Assembly: GCA_041640595.1 (NCBI GenBank)
Contig: JBEPZY010000001.1
Location: 384,001-448,000, forward strand
Direction: 5' to 3'
Source: Gemmatales bacterium
Lineage (GTDB): Bacteria > Planctomycetota > Planctomycetia > Gemmatales > HRBIN36
Length of the DNA stretch: 64,000 bases
The notes beneath the pieces were generated by a model. The model was not told where the DNA came from. It was given only the letters and a program-made list of their open reading frames with translations, and did not search any database. Below are positions 40,006-49,432 of the stretch, piece after piece. Within the stretch, counting starts at the first letter, position 1, and each line of letters opens with the position of its first letter. A program made the translations under genes and the position numbers.

Positions 40006-41190
40006 TCAAGTCTTGTAAGCTGTAGCCAGAGCGCAGACATTCTTACCAAGCTCAAGTTCTTCTATACGGTCTGCGTCGGCGGCCAGTAATCCCAGGTTGA
40101 CGCGCTTGATGTCAACATATTGAGGAGGAAACTGAGGCAGGCTGCTCAATATGTGGTTCCGGAATTCCGATTCCGTGTAGGTTCGCAAGTCAGCATTGGT
40201 TCGTTTCAGCTCACCCAAGGTCGCGGCAAAGAGACCGTCGGCACGAGCTTCCTGCGGCCTGCTATAGTGGCCAGGCAACACGATTGTATCATCAGGCAAG
40301 GTCAATAAGCGTGTATAGAGAGACTTGTAATGTAAAGGTGTCCAGGTTTCTGCCCGTCCCCCAAGGTCAGGCCGCGCTATACTTTGCAGGAAGATACTAT
40401 CGCCACTGAAAAGATAACGCCGATCCGAGCTTTCCAAGAAAAGGGCAGTGTTACCTAGGGTATGTCCCGGAATATGCAAAACCGTTAGTTTAGCACCATT
40501 CAGGTCAAACTGCATTCCATCCTTTAGCATCTCGTAAGCAAAGGTTGCTGGTAATACGTCCATAGGATGAATACCGTCATAGGGATGGAGATAATAGGGA
40601 GCGCTTGTGATCTGGGACAGCTTGACACCGCCGCTGACGTGATCCGCGTGGGCATGCGTATCAATGATGGCTGTTACCTTGAGGTTTTTCTGACCGATAA
40701 AGTCCAGGATTTTGTCGGTGTGTCTGGGTGGATCGATAACAACTGCTTGATCAAGACCAGGACCGTAGGCGATGATATGATGCAGACAACCTCGGGCCAC
40801 ACGGTCAAACTGGTAGATGTGGAGCCAGCTCGAGGACTCCGGAAGCTCCTGGACCTGATAATAACTTCCCCAGGCGAGCATTCCTCCTTCCAAATTAGCT
40901 GCTTGAAAACCGCGTGGACGCAGCACCTCGTTTACCACCCATGCAGAGGAACCACCCTTGGCGCAAACCGCGACGATTAGTCGATCCTTGGGTAAACCTT
41001 GAATCGCGTTGTCCGGGTCTTCAACAAAGCGGAAATAAGGCACATGCTTTACTTCCAGCGGATGTCGGCTCTCGATGCGCCATCGTTCGAATTCCTCTTG
41101 ATTGCGCACATCCAGCAGAACGAACGTATCGCCACGATCCAGCATGAGTTTTAATTCATGCGTCTTTACAGTTGCTTGTTGGGTGGGCAT
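40006..41190 (-). CDS. Rhodanese + MBL-fold persulfide dioxygenase-like fusion (YrkH-like)
   Basis: LDVRNQEEF, active-site CAKGGSS, THAHADH, PGHT, RPDL, PGH, C-terminal NVC. Confidence 0.9.
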   Translation of the reverse strand: MPTQQATVKTHELKLMLDRGDTFVLLDVRNQEEFERWRIESRHPLEVKHVPYFRFVEDPDNAIQGLPKDRLIVAVCAKGGSSAWVVNEVLRPRGFQAANLEGGMLAWGSYYQVQELPESSSWLHIYQFDRVARGCLHHIIAYGPGLDQAVVIDPPRHTDKILDFIGQKNLKVTAIIDTHAHADHVSGGVKLSQITSAPYYLHPYDGIHPMDVLPATFAYEMLKDGMQFDLNGAKLTVLHIPGHTLGNTALFLESSDRRYLFSGDSIFLQSIARPDLGGRAETWTPLHYKSLYTRLLTLPDDTIVLPGHYSRPQEARADGLFAATLGELKRTNADLRTYTESEFRNHILSSLPQFPPQYVDIKRVNLGLLAADADRIEELELGKNVCALATAYKT

Positions 41191-41233
41191 GTCTTGACCT
41201 CCTTATGCTCTAATGCTTTAGCCTCCGGTGATA

Positions 41234-41836
41234 TCAGATAAATAGGGTTGCTTTACTCTTAGTGGCATCAGCCAGGAATGTTGCAACTCCGCCAGTTTCC
41301 AGACCTGGTTGGAGTTCTTCCGGCTTGATGCCCATAACATCCATGCTCATCTGACAAGCCACCATTCTGACGCCAAGATCGCGTGCAAAAGCGATGAGTT
41401 CGCTTAGTGAAGAAATATTCCGCTGGCGCATTTGTCGTTTGAGCAGGCGCAGGCCTAAACCAGCAAAGTTTAGGCGCGACAAGCTAAGCTCCTCAGCGCC
41501 AGCCGGTGTCAGCAAGGTAAATGCCTTTTCTAAAAGTCCTTTTCCGCGCAAGCGCCGATTCTGCCGTAACACTCCTAAGCCCCAGAAGGTGAAAAACATG
41601 CTGACTTGCAAGCCCATAGCGGCGGCGCCCGTGGCAATGACGAAGGCGGCCAAAACACGGTCATAGTCGCCGCTCATCACAACGATAGAAATTCGCGGCT
41701 CGGGCATATCGCGTTCGAGATTTTTCTGCCGTTGCTCCAATTCCAGCACCCGATTTTCTAAATCGTGAAGCCGCTGGTAAAGCTCCGTCGTTTCCTGAAG
41801 TGCCTCCTGCTCAGTCACGGTCACATGGTTACTCAT
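41234..41836 (-). CDS. DsrE2/YrkE-family sulfur-transfer protein
   Basis: SGDYDR..A.FVIA.GAAAMG, FFTFWGL, ACQMSMDVMG, TLFI terminus. Confidence 0.9.
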   Translation of the reverse strand: MSNHVTVTEQEALQETTELYQRLHDLENRVLELEQRQKNLERDMPEPRISIVVMSGDYDRVLAAFVIATGAAAMGLQVSMFFTFWGLGVLRQNRRLRGKGLLEKAFTLLTPAGAEELSLSRLNFAGLGLRLLKRQMRQRNISSLSELIAFARDLGVRMVACQMSMDVMGIKPEELQPGLETGGVATFLADATKSKATLFI

Positions 41837-41891
41837 GGCTATTTCCTCCTTTGAAAGTTAGAGGCCGCTTATGGCGATACCGATGGTAGGC

Positions 41892-42206
41892 TCATTCATC
41901 GGGATTCCACAACAAGCCGCCCAGCCACGCTCCGACTATCAACGTGGTGGTGGCTATATGTGGAATGACACACAGACCAGGAACTAGCGAGGCTTGCAGC
42001 CACAAAGTGGAAGAAGTCAGTACGCCAATGATCGCTCCGGCGAGACTGGCCAATGCCGACACCTGGATTACTTGTGAAAGGCTGCTTCGCCGATGCTGTT
42101 CTTCAAGTACCCGCTCCGCTTCTGCATAGGGCGTGTCTTTGCGCAGATAAAATCTGGTAGCTCGCTGACGGGGCATTGCTCGTTCAACTATTACTAGGGA
42201 GCTCAT
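41892..42206 (-). CDS. Small hypothetical membrane protein (2 TM)
   Basis: AGGAGG RBS; two hydrophobic segments; first gene of the sulfur cluster. Confidence 0.7.
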   Translation of the reverse strand: MSSLVIVERAMPRQRATRFYLRKDTPYAEAERVLEEQHRRSSLSQVIQVSALASLAGAIIGVLTSSTLWLQASLVPGLCVIPHIATTTLIVGAWLGGLLWNPDE

Positions 42207-42248
42207 GGCCTATCCTCCTATTCGTTGAGAGTCTTTCCCTCGCAACTG

Positions 42249-42278
42249 AATAGACGCGCAAAACTGCAAGAGGTTACA
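42249..42278 (-). promoter_or_regulatory. ECF-sigma-type promoter for the sulfur cluster
   Basis: Minus strand reads TGTAAC-N16-CGTCTATT (AAC...CGT consensus spacing). Confidence 0.6.
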
Positions 42279-42359
42279 AAGTTTTTTGTGCGACCTGTAA
42301 CACTAAGTTATTGCGAAAATCGAACGCATAAACCTACCTTCCCAGGTAACCAGCTCAAG

Positions 42360-42432
42360 TGGAGCCGACGGGACTCGAACCCGTAACCTCAGCATTGCGA
42401 ACGCTGCGCTCTCCCAATTGAGCTACGGCCCC
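42360..42432 (-). tRNA. tRNA-Ala (anticodon CGC); CCA not encoded
   Basis: GGGGCCGTAGCTCAATTGGGAGAGCGCAGCGTTCGCAATGCTGAGGTTACGGGTTCGAGTCCCGTCGGCTCCA; G3:U70 identity pair. Confidence 0.97.
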
Positions 42433-42820
42433 ATTTCGCTATACCGATGGAAAAATTATAGCTGCTTGCAAGCCAGAAGTTACTCAAGCCGCAATTCTGC
42501 AGCTGCCTTGATGCCTTTTTGCTGGTTCTGGTCCAGGCTCATTGTGGCGTGCAAAGCTGGCCTGAGCGAATCGGCGAGAGCCTGGCAGATGGATTATAGC
42601 CCCACCGAAAATGGGGAGCAAGAAGTGCGTACCGGCCAAAATGAAATTTGTCCTGGCGAATTTGATCCGCGGTTCGTACCGGCCTTTGTGGTGGGCCAGT
42701 GTATGGCGGAGTTGCGACTCGATGGTGGAAATCTTTCGACATGTGGCGGCATCAACCAGGTTCGCTTGGGGTTGTTAAACCCCGGTGGCCCTAGAATCGT
42801 CCACAACCACCAGGCACCAA

Positions 42821-44431
42821 TTAAGCCTGGTCTTGGACGATTGGTAAACTCAGGCGCCGTTGGTACAAGGAGCGAGAACCGTTAGAAAAGCTGCTTTCGC
42901 GATCCTCGTAAGCGGGATTCGGTTGTTCAGCACTGTTGTCGTGTGCGCGGGAACCGAGCAACGTGATCGGCTCGAGCAGCATCCCCTGTTTGGTTTTCTC
43001 GCCGTTGTCAGCCAGCACTGGGCTGGAGAGTCTTCCAAAAAGCGTGTAGGGGCTGGCATCTTCAATGAAAACCTGAACGAATTCGCCAATGAGATTCTTT
43101 GGGCCGTCGAAGACCACAATATGATCGGTACCGGTCCGACCAGTAAGTTGCAGCCAGTCCGATGCCTGACCAGCATCGTGTCCAGTCTGGTTGGAAAGTT
43201 TGTAAGCCCACTTGCTGGGGCCTTCCACGAGGATTTCCACCGTCTGACCGATAAAGCGGCGGTGGTCAGCCAGGCTTACCTTGGCCTGGATGGCAAGCAA
43301 ATCGTTGTTGCGGCGGCGTTTGACTTCCTCGGGAACATCGTCCGGATAAAGCTCAAACGCTTTCGTACCGGGACGAGGGCTGTATTTGAAGATGTAACTG
43401 TTTTTGAAGCCGGCATGAGCCACCAAGTCACAGGTTCGCTGGAAAGATTCTTCTGTCTCTCCGCAAAAGCCGACGATGAAATCACTGCTGATAGCCACGC
43501 CGGGGATGGTTTCGCGGCAGCGGGCGAGCATATCGCGGTAAAAAGCGACCGTGTACATCCGTTTCATTCGGCGGAGAATAATGTCGCATCCGGACTGTGC
43601 GGGCACGTGCAGGTAGCGGCAAACTTTCGGGAGATCGCGTACCGCCTGCAACAGGTCATCGGTCATATCTCGCGGGAAGTTAGTGATGAATTTGATGCGG
43701 CGAATGCCAGGAATGTCGTGGAGCCGATAGAGCAAATCGGAAAGGCGCACCATTCGCCCGTCGCCAAAACGGTAGTGGTAACTGTTGACCGTCTGGCCCA
43801 CCAGGGTGACTTCTTTACAACCCTGGTCAGCCAGGAAGCGCACTTCTGCGACAATTTCATCGGGGTGTCGGCTCTGTTCCGGTCCGCGAACGCTGGGCAC
43901 GATACAGTAAGTGCAAAACTTATCACAGCCGAACTGGGTGCGGACATAGGCCTGGAACCGGTTCGTCCTCAGCTCTGGCTCGCGGAGTGGATCGTAGCTT
44001 TCGAAACTGCGTTCGACTTCGGGGCGATGAGCATCAGCGCGGCCCAAGCTGACAGCCAGTTGCGGCTGCCTGGTGCGTTCGACTTCTTCCAGGAGGTAAA
44101 GAAGTTTCCCCAGCTGGCCGGGCCCGCAAATGATGTCCACGTGGGGTGCCCGTTGGCGGATCAGCTCCTGATCCTTCTGAGCCATGCAACCTAACACGCC
44201 GATGATTTTGTGAGGATGGCGCTGCTTGTGTCGGCGTAACTGGCCTAGAGCGGAATAGATTTTGTCCTCGGCGTGCTGGCGAACACTGCAGGTGTTGAAC
44301 AAGATGACGTCGGCTTGTTTCGGGTCGGCAACCAGCTGGTAGCCGGCTTTGCGCAGAGTGGCAGCGACCAGCTCGCTATCGAGCACGTTCATCTGGCAGC
44401 CGACCGTCTCCAGAAACACCTTCTTGCTCAT
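42821..44431 (-). CDS. miaB: tRNA-2-methylthio-N6-dimethylallyladenosine synthase MiaB
   Basis: GCQMNVLDSE, NTCSVR, GCMAQ, CDKFCTYC, DFIVGF, TRAM domain. Confidence 0.97.
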   Translation of the reverse strand: MSKKVFLETVGCQMNVLDSELVAATLRKAGYQLVADPKQADVILFNTCSVRQHAEDKIYSALGQLRRHKQRHPHKIIGVLGCMAQKDQELIRQRAPHVDIICGPGQLGKLLYLLEEVERTRQPQLAVSLGRADAHRPEVERSFESYDPLREPELRTNRFQAYVRTQFGCDKFCTYCIVPSVRGPEQSRHPDEIVAEVRFLADQGCKEVTLVGQTVNSYHYRFGDGRMVRLSDLLYRLHDIPGIRRIKFITNFPRDMTDDLLQAVRDLPKVCRYLHVPAQSGCDIILRRMKRMYTVAFYRDMLARCRETIPGVAISSDFIVGFCGETEESFQRTCDLVAHAGFKNSYIFKYSPRPGTKAFELYPDDVPEEVKRRRNNDLLAIQAKVSLADHRRFIGQTVEILVEGPSKWAYKLSNQTGHDAGQASDWLQLTGRTGTDHIVVFDGPKNLIGEFVQVFIEDASPYTLFGRLSSPVLADNGEKTKQGMLLEPITLLGSRAHDNSAEQPNPAYEDRESSFSNGSRSLYQRRLSLPIVQDQA

Positions 44432-44943
44432 GGCAACACCATTATACCGGACAAGAGCAGGGAGAGGTTATTCACGTTGCCGCCAGGAACCACTGGTCTG
44501 GACAGAACGCTGCGGATTGGCTACATGGCCGACCACTCTGGCGACGCTCGCCCGGATGCAGGGATGACGGGCCGGCTGCTGAGCGTGGAAAACAGGTCCG
44601 AATACACCGGTAACGCTGCGGGGACGGAGTTTCACGCATCAGCGCCGAGGCCGGTTCGCACGAGTTGGGAATTTCCTGCATTTCCGCGGCGGCACTTGCC
44701 GATAACAGCTGCGGGGAAAAATTCGCCTTGCCATAACGGGGGACTATCCGGGGTACAGGCGTGCTGGCGCTTTTCGAGCCGGTGAGTAGGGGAATGCGGC
44801 TGGGCGCGAGTGTGCGCCAAGCAGCATCTGCCTAGGGGAACAGGTGCTGCTCGCCGCTATGTCCACCGAGGCAGGACAGCGTCCGCCAAATTCTCCGGTC
44901 GAAGCGCTGGTTCGCCTGGGGGCTCGGGGTCAGGGAGGATGGA

Positions 44944-45720
44944 ATGGCCACCCAGGTTACGGAAGACATTCAGCAGCTTTGGCGCGAATACCGTGCTCAT
45001 CCCAGTATCGAACTTCGCAACCGGCTCATTGAGCATTATCTACCGCTGGTGCGGGTAAATGCCGAACGCATCTGGGCACGGTTACCGGATGGAGTTGACC
45101 TGGATGACCTGATTAGCGCAGGGATTTTCGGGTTGATGGATGCGATTGAATCGTTCGACCTGGAACGGGGCGTCAAATTTGAGACCTACTGTGTGCCACG
45201 CATTCGCGGGGCTATTCTCGATGAACTGCGAACCATGGATTGGGTACCACGCCTGGTGCGTTCCAAAGCGAGTAAGCTGGAAGAAGCCCGCAAAGAACTG
45301 GAAGCCAAGCTCGGCAGGCCACCCCGGGAAGAAGAGTTGGCCGAACATCTGGGGCTGAGCGAAGAGGAGACCCACGCCCTGGTTCAGGAAACCAATGCCG
45401 TCAGTCTGATTAGCCTGGATAAGAAATGGTACGAGACGGACAGTTACAAGGACGTCCGCGAGGTGGACATTCTGGAAGATAAAAAAGCTGAGGATCCCAC
45501 CCGCCGGCTCCACAACCAGGATTTGCTCAAGCTCATCACCCGGGGACTTAATCGCAATGAACGTTTGATTCTCATCCTGTACTACTTTGAAGAAATGACC
45601 ATGAAGGAAATCGGGCAGACGCTCGACCTGAGCGAAAGCCGCGTCAGTCAGATGCATTCCGCGATTATTGCCCGTTTGCAACAAATGTTGGCGGACCGTA
45701 AAACAGAACTGTCGAATTGA
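44944..45720 (+). CDS. fliA: FliA/WhiG-family sigma factor
   Basis: DDLISAGIFGLMDAI, KFETYCVPRIRGAILDELR..DWVPR, SESRVSQMH. Confidence 0.93.
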   Translation: MATQVTEDIQQLWREYRAHPSIELRNRLIEHYLPLVRVNAERIWARLPDGVDLDDLISAGIFGLMDAIESFDLERGVKFETYCVPRIRGAILDELRTMDWVPRLVRSKASKLEEARKELEAKLGRPPREEELAEHLGLSEEETHALVQETNAVSLISLDKKWYETDSYKDVREVDILEDKKAEDPTRRLHNQDLLKLITRGLNRNERLILILYYFEEMTMKEIGQTLDLSESRVSQMHSAIIARLQQMLADRKTELSN

Positions 45721-45733
45721 GGGCCTGAATTGC

Positions 45734-46255
45734 ATGCCTCGCTGGCCTTGCGGGATTAGTTGGGTTTGGTGGTGTACGCTTTTGGGATGCACAACGGCCG
45801 TCTTCAGTGCAGAGCCGACTTCCTGGCTTGGTCAGGCTCAACACTGCCCAGCGGTTCCCGACCAGATGCGTCCACCGGTGCGGTTGTTTACCCAGCTCCA
45901 GGAGCCGCCACAGGAAGCTGGTGTGTTCAGCCGACCATCACCGAGTTTCCATCCGGCGACGCAATCACCAGCAAGTTTCACGACCGCTCCACCGGCTCCA
46001 TCCATTAGCCTGGCCCCATTCTGTCCGCCCACGGTGAAACTGAAGGCATTCGTGCCACCTTGTGTGTCCACGTTCCAGATTCATACCCCACCAGCGACGT
46101 GGACGGTCATGCCACCACGGCCGGGCATTCGACTGTTGCAGGTATGCGATGCTCCTACTCATCACGGTGCGGCGATGCAGCGGGGAAACGTTACATTGGT
46201 TCACCAACCGCAGCCTCTGCCGCCGGTTCACATTCCACAATGTCTGCCCCGCTAA
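45734..46255 (+). CDS. Pro-rich hypothetical protein, possibly secreted
   Basis: Signal-like N-terminus directly after fliA; low complexity; weak support. Confidence 0.4.
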   Translation: MPRWPCGISWVWWCTLLGCTTAVFSAEPTSWLGQAQHCPAVPDQMRPPVRLFTQLQEPPQEAGVFSRPSPSFHPATQSPASFTTAPPAPSISLAPFCPPTVKLKAFVPPCVSTFQIHTPPATWTVMPPRPGIRLLQVCDAPTHHGAAMQRGNVTLVHQPQPLPPVHIPQCLPR

Positions 46256-46332
46256 GGCGTTTATCGACTTTGTAACGGACGATAATACAGCTGTGGTGGC
46301 TCTAAATCAGGCAGTTACGTCAAGGGCATTGC

Positions 46333-46827
46333 TTATTCCGGCGGCAGGAAGGGCTCGCGACCATAACGGCGTCGAATGCGGTTGAGCATTTCAAGAATAC
46401 GTGGCTGGGCCAAGAACCGTTTTTCCAGGTAGCGTTTGCCAGGAAATTGCATCAGCATCAGACCAAGAATGATCGTCAGCAGTCCCTGACCTGGGACGCC
46501 CGGAAGGCTCAGGATCACACCAACAACCACCAGCAACAGCCCCAGCAAGTTTCGCACCAGGGCAATGACAATCCTGGTCGGGAAACTGCCTGCACTGGTA
46601 CCCGGCCGATTATGTTCGGGCGGGTCGCGGAAGTAATCCGCCGGCAGTTTTAGTACGACCCAGACCACCGTGGCCAGACTGACAACGAACGACACCGCAA
46701 ACACGCCCAGCCCGATAAGCACATCCCACCAGGAGCTTGGCAGAACATAGTCTGTCCAGTCGGCCGGCTGGACGTACCAAAGTTTGCCGGTCCTGCTGAC
46801 CTCAACCAGGAGCGGGTGGCTGCGCAT
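46333..46827 (-). CDS. Membrane protein (PGPGW-like)
   Basis: LPADYF, LPGVPGQGLLTI, FPGK; start uncertain. Confidence 0.75.
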   Translation of the reverse strand: MRSHPLLVEVSRTGKLWYVQPADWTDYVLPSSWWDVLIGLGVFAVSFVVSLATVVWVVLKLPADYFRDPPEHNRPGTSAGSFPTRIVIALVRNLLGLLLVVVGVILSLPGVPGQGLLTIILGLMLMQFPGKRYLEKRFLAQPRILEMLNRIRRRYGREPFLPPE

Positions 46828-46927
46828 GGGCTCAGGACGTTTATGTTCTGTTGTCTCCGCCCTGTTCTGGGTGCCTTGCAGGTGCTATTGTAAAAGAAGC
46901 CTCAAAGACCCACAAAAGGAGCTGCTT

Positions 46928-47908
46928 ATGTCTGGCCCAGGTGCTTCGGAGAAAGTCCGTGTGAGCGGAATGGCTGAATACACCCGTCGTGAATGGCTGC
47001 AGCTAACCGGTACGGCGGTGCTGGCCGCTTCCGGAACCCTGGCTGGTGGAGGCACGGTTGGCTTACAGGCTATCGAACCCATTCAGCGGGTCGGAAAGCC
47101 TTATTTTCGGCTGAGTCTGGCCGGTTACAGTCTGCGGGACCACTTTAGTGGCAAGCGGCAGCCAGCGATTTCGCTGGAGGACTACGTGGACTTAGCAGCC
47201 CAGTGGGGCTTTGACGCGGTAGAGCCGACCGCTTATTACTTCAAAGACACGTCGCCTGCCTTTCTGGCGCGGTTGAAAGGGCGTTGTACCCGGCTTGGTC
47301 TGGACGTGAGCGGCGGAGCAGTGGGCAACAATTTTTGCGTGGCCGACCCCGCAGCTTTGAAAAAACAAATTGCCGATGTCAAGGCGTGGATCGAACGCTA
47401 TTCAGTCCTGGGTGGCAAGACGATTCGCATTTTTGCCGGGAGCGTCCCCAAAGGCGACACTGAGGAAAACGCCCGGCGGCGGTGTATCGAAGCGATCCAG
47501 GAATGCTGTGACCATGCCGCCCGCTATGGCATTTATCTGGCCCTGGAGAATCACGGGGGCATCACCAGCACACCCCAGCAAATGCTGGCTATTGTCCGGG
47601 AAGTCAAACACGAATATTTCGGCGTGAATCTGGACACCGGCAATTTTCACGGCGAAGACCCCTATCAGGAACTGGCCCAAATCGCGCCCTATGCCGTGGT
47701 TTGCCAGGTCAAAACCGAAATCACACGTACACAGAGTGGCAAACGGCAACCCCCTGAACCAGCCGACCTGCAGAAAATCCTTGGCATTCTTCGGGGCGTG
47801 GGATATCGCGGTTATATCTCCCTTGAATACGAGGCTGCTGAGGAACCGATGAAGGCGATTCCGCGCTATGCCCAGGAACTCCGCCGACTGATAACGGAGA
47901 AGGTGTGA
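46928..47908 (+). CDS. Tat-exported sugar phosphate isomerase/epimerase (TIM barrel)
   Basis: TRREWL twin-arginine motif; LALENHGG, NLDTGNF, SLEYE; AAGGAG before 46928. Confidence 0.88.
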   Translation: MSGPGASEKVRVSGMAEYTRREWLQLTGTAVLAASGTLAGGGTVGLQAIEPIQRVGKPYFRLSLAGYSLRDHFSGKRQPAISLEDYVDLAAQWGFDAVEPTAYYFKDTSPAFLARLKGRCTRLGLDVSGGAVGNNFCVADPAALKKQIADVKAWIERYSVLGGKTIRIFAGSVPKGDTEENARRRCIEAIQECCDHAARYGIYLALENHGGITSTPQQMLAIVREVKHEYFGVNLDTGNFHGEDPYQELAQIAPYAVVCQVKTEITRTQSGKRQPPEPADLQKILGILRGVGYRGYISLEYEAAEEPMKAIPRYAQELRRLITEKV

Positions 47909-47968
47909 TCCTTTTGAGATATGCGATTCATCGTATTGCGCGGGTGAACGACCTTGTGCGACCACGCT

Positions 47969-49240
47969 TCAATTGTGGGGCTGCGCTGAGCGAGTCGGCT
48001 GACCGATAGCGCTGGTAACGTAATTTTCCAGCATGGCGAACTGACGGAAGAAGTCATGTTCCTGGACGCCCATAGGGTTTTTGAAGAAACAGGCAAGATG
48101 CCGCAGGATGCCCTTTTCGCCTCGACGTTGGGCTAGTAAGGCCAGGCGTGCGAGATCAATCACCAGCGGTGCCGCCAGAATTGAATCGCAACCTTGCCAG
48201 ACGAATTGCAAAATCATTTTCACCCCCAGAAAACCCTGGAAGTGAATGTGATCCCAGGCGGTTTTCCAGTCGTCAAGCGACTCGATGTACTCGATGCTGA
48301 CCAGGGTTTGGGGTTTATAGCCAAGGATGTGGGCCAGCACCTGATCTTTGGTGCGAATCTTCGACTCCTTATTCCGTGGGTCGTTGAGCACCAGACCGTC
48401 GCGGTTGCCGAAAATGTTGTGCCCAACCCAGCTGAGTACGCGTAGATGACGGTGGGCAAACATCGGCGCCAGGACGGTCTTGAGTAAGGTTTCGCCGGTT
48501 TTACCATCCTGACCGGCAACAGCTGCTCCCTGTTGTTCGGCAAATTGAATGGCCGCCGGGAAGCTCGCGCCGAGCGACGGGGTGAAATTGACGTAGGGCC
48601 AGCCCAATTCAATGGTGGCTAAAGCATAAATGCTGCTGGCTGGGAGCAACACATCGGTACGGCGTTCCGCCAGACGTTCAGCTAACCGTGGCCAGCTCTG
48701 GTGGACTTCCGTTGTCGAAAATGGCGGTTCGGTCGAGGCTACATTCACCACCACCACCTGATCAAGTTGGTGGGTCTGACGGAAGTTCTGCAAATCCTGT
48801 TGCACGCGCTGGATGGCCTGACGTGGCGTTTCATGGCGAGGCAAATTGGGGAGATCAGCAAGCGCCGCAATCGTTTCCCCCACATGCAGCAAGGTTCCCG
48901 GACGAATGTTAGCCGACCATGCTTCCAAATCTTCGCGGCAGCCGGTCAGCCATTCGCTGGAAAAAATCCCCGCCCGCTGATGTAGCTCCAGGGCCGTTTG
49001 CTGCCAGGTAGTTTGCCGGATGTCGTGTCCGCCCAGGACGAACGCTTCCGGCGCGTCCAGGTCCAGCTCGCGGAATAACGGTAAGGCAGTAACCAGGCCG
49101 GTGGCGTCTATCAAACCGCGTCGCCAGGCAGATAGGCCAACCGCTACGGTAGTGCCGACTCCGCCCAGAGCACCGATGAGCCATAAGCCCACTCGCCGTC
49201 GCGAGGTACTTATCTGATGAGCAGACCGCTGCGCTGACAT
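47969..49240 (-). CDS. ino1: myo-Inositol-1(3)-phosphate synthase
   Basis: GALGGVG, VNVASTE, GQDGKTGETLLK, NIFGNRDG, DWKTAWD, CDSILAAPL; start set at MSAQR. Confidence 0.92.
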   Translation of the reverse strand: MSAQRSAHQISTSRRRVGLWLIGALGGVGTTVAVGLSAWRRGLIDATGLVTALPLFRELDLDAPEAFVLGGHDIRQTTWQQTALELHQRAGIFSSEWLTGCREDLEAWSANIRPGTLLHVGETIAALADLPNLPRHETPRQAIQRVQQDLQNFRQTHQLDQVVVVNVASTEPPFSTTEVHQSWPRLAERLAERRTDVLLPASSIYALATIELGWPYVNFTPSLGASFPAAIQFAEQQGAAVAGQDGKTGETLLKTVLAPMFAHRHLRVLSWVGHNIFGNRDGLVLNDPRNKESKIRTKDQVLAHILGYKPQTLVSIEYIESLDDWKTAWDHIHFQGFLGVKMILQFVWQGCDSILAAPLVIDLARLALLAQRRGEKGILRHLACFFKNPMGVQEHDFFRQFAMLENYVTSAIGQPTRSAQPHN

Positions 49241-49432
49241 TACCTTTCCTTTCCTGTTGCATATTGGGGTGAACTCTGTATTTATCCTACCAGCAGGCTG
49301 ATTTGACAACGGTGGCAATTTGTCGGTGCAATTGGCCGGCTTGTAAATTGCTACCCGAAAACACGGACCGGCGCGCCTGTCGCAAAGGCTCCCCAAAAAT
49401 ACAGACGATTGGCCAACCGCAGATAAACCGCT

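Noticed and set aside
42860..44194. 444-aa plus-strand ORF
   Set aside because: Antisense shadow of miaB with no recognisable motifs
44944..45720. fliA without flagellar neighbours as a novelty
   Set aside because: Dispersed flagellar genes are plausible in this lineage; not informative from one window
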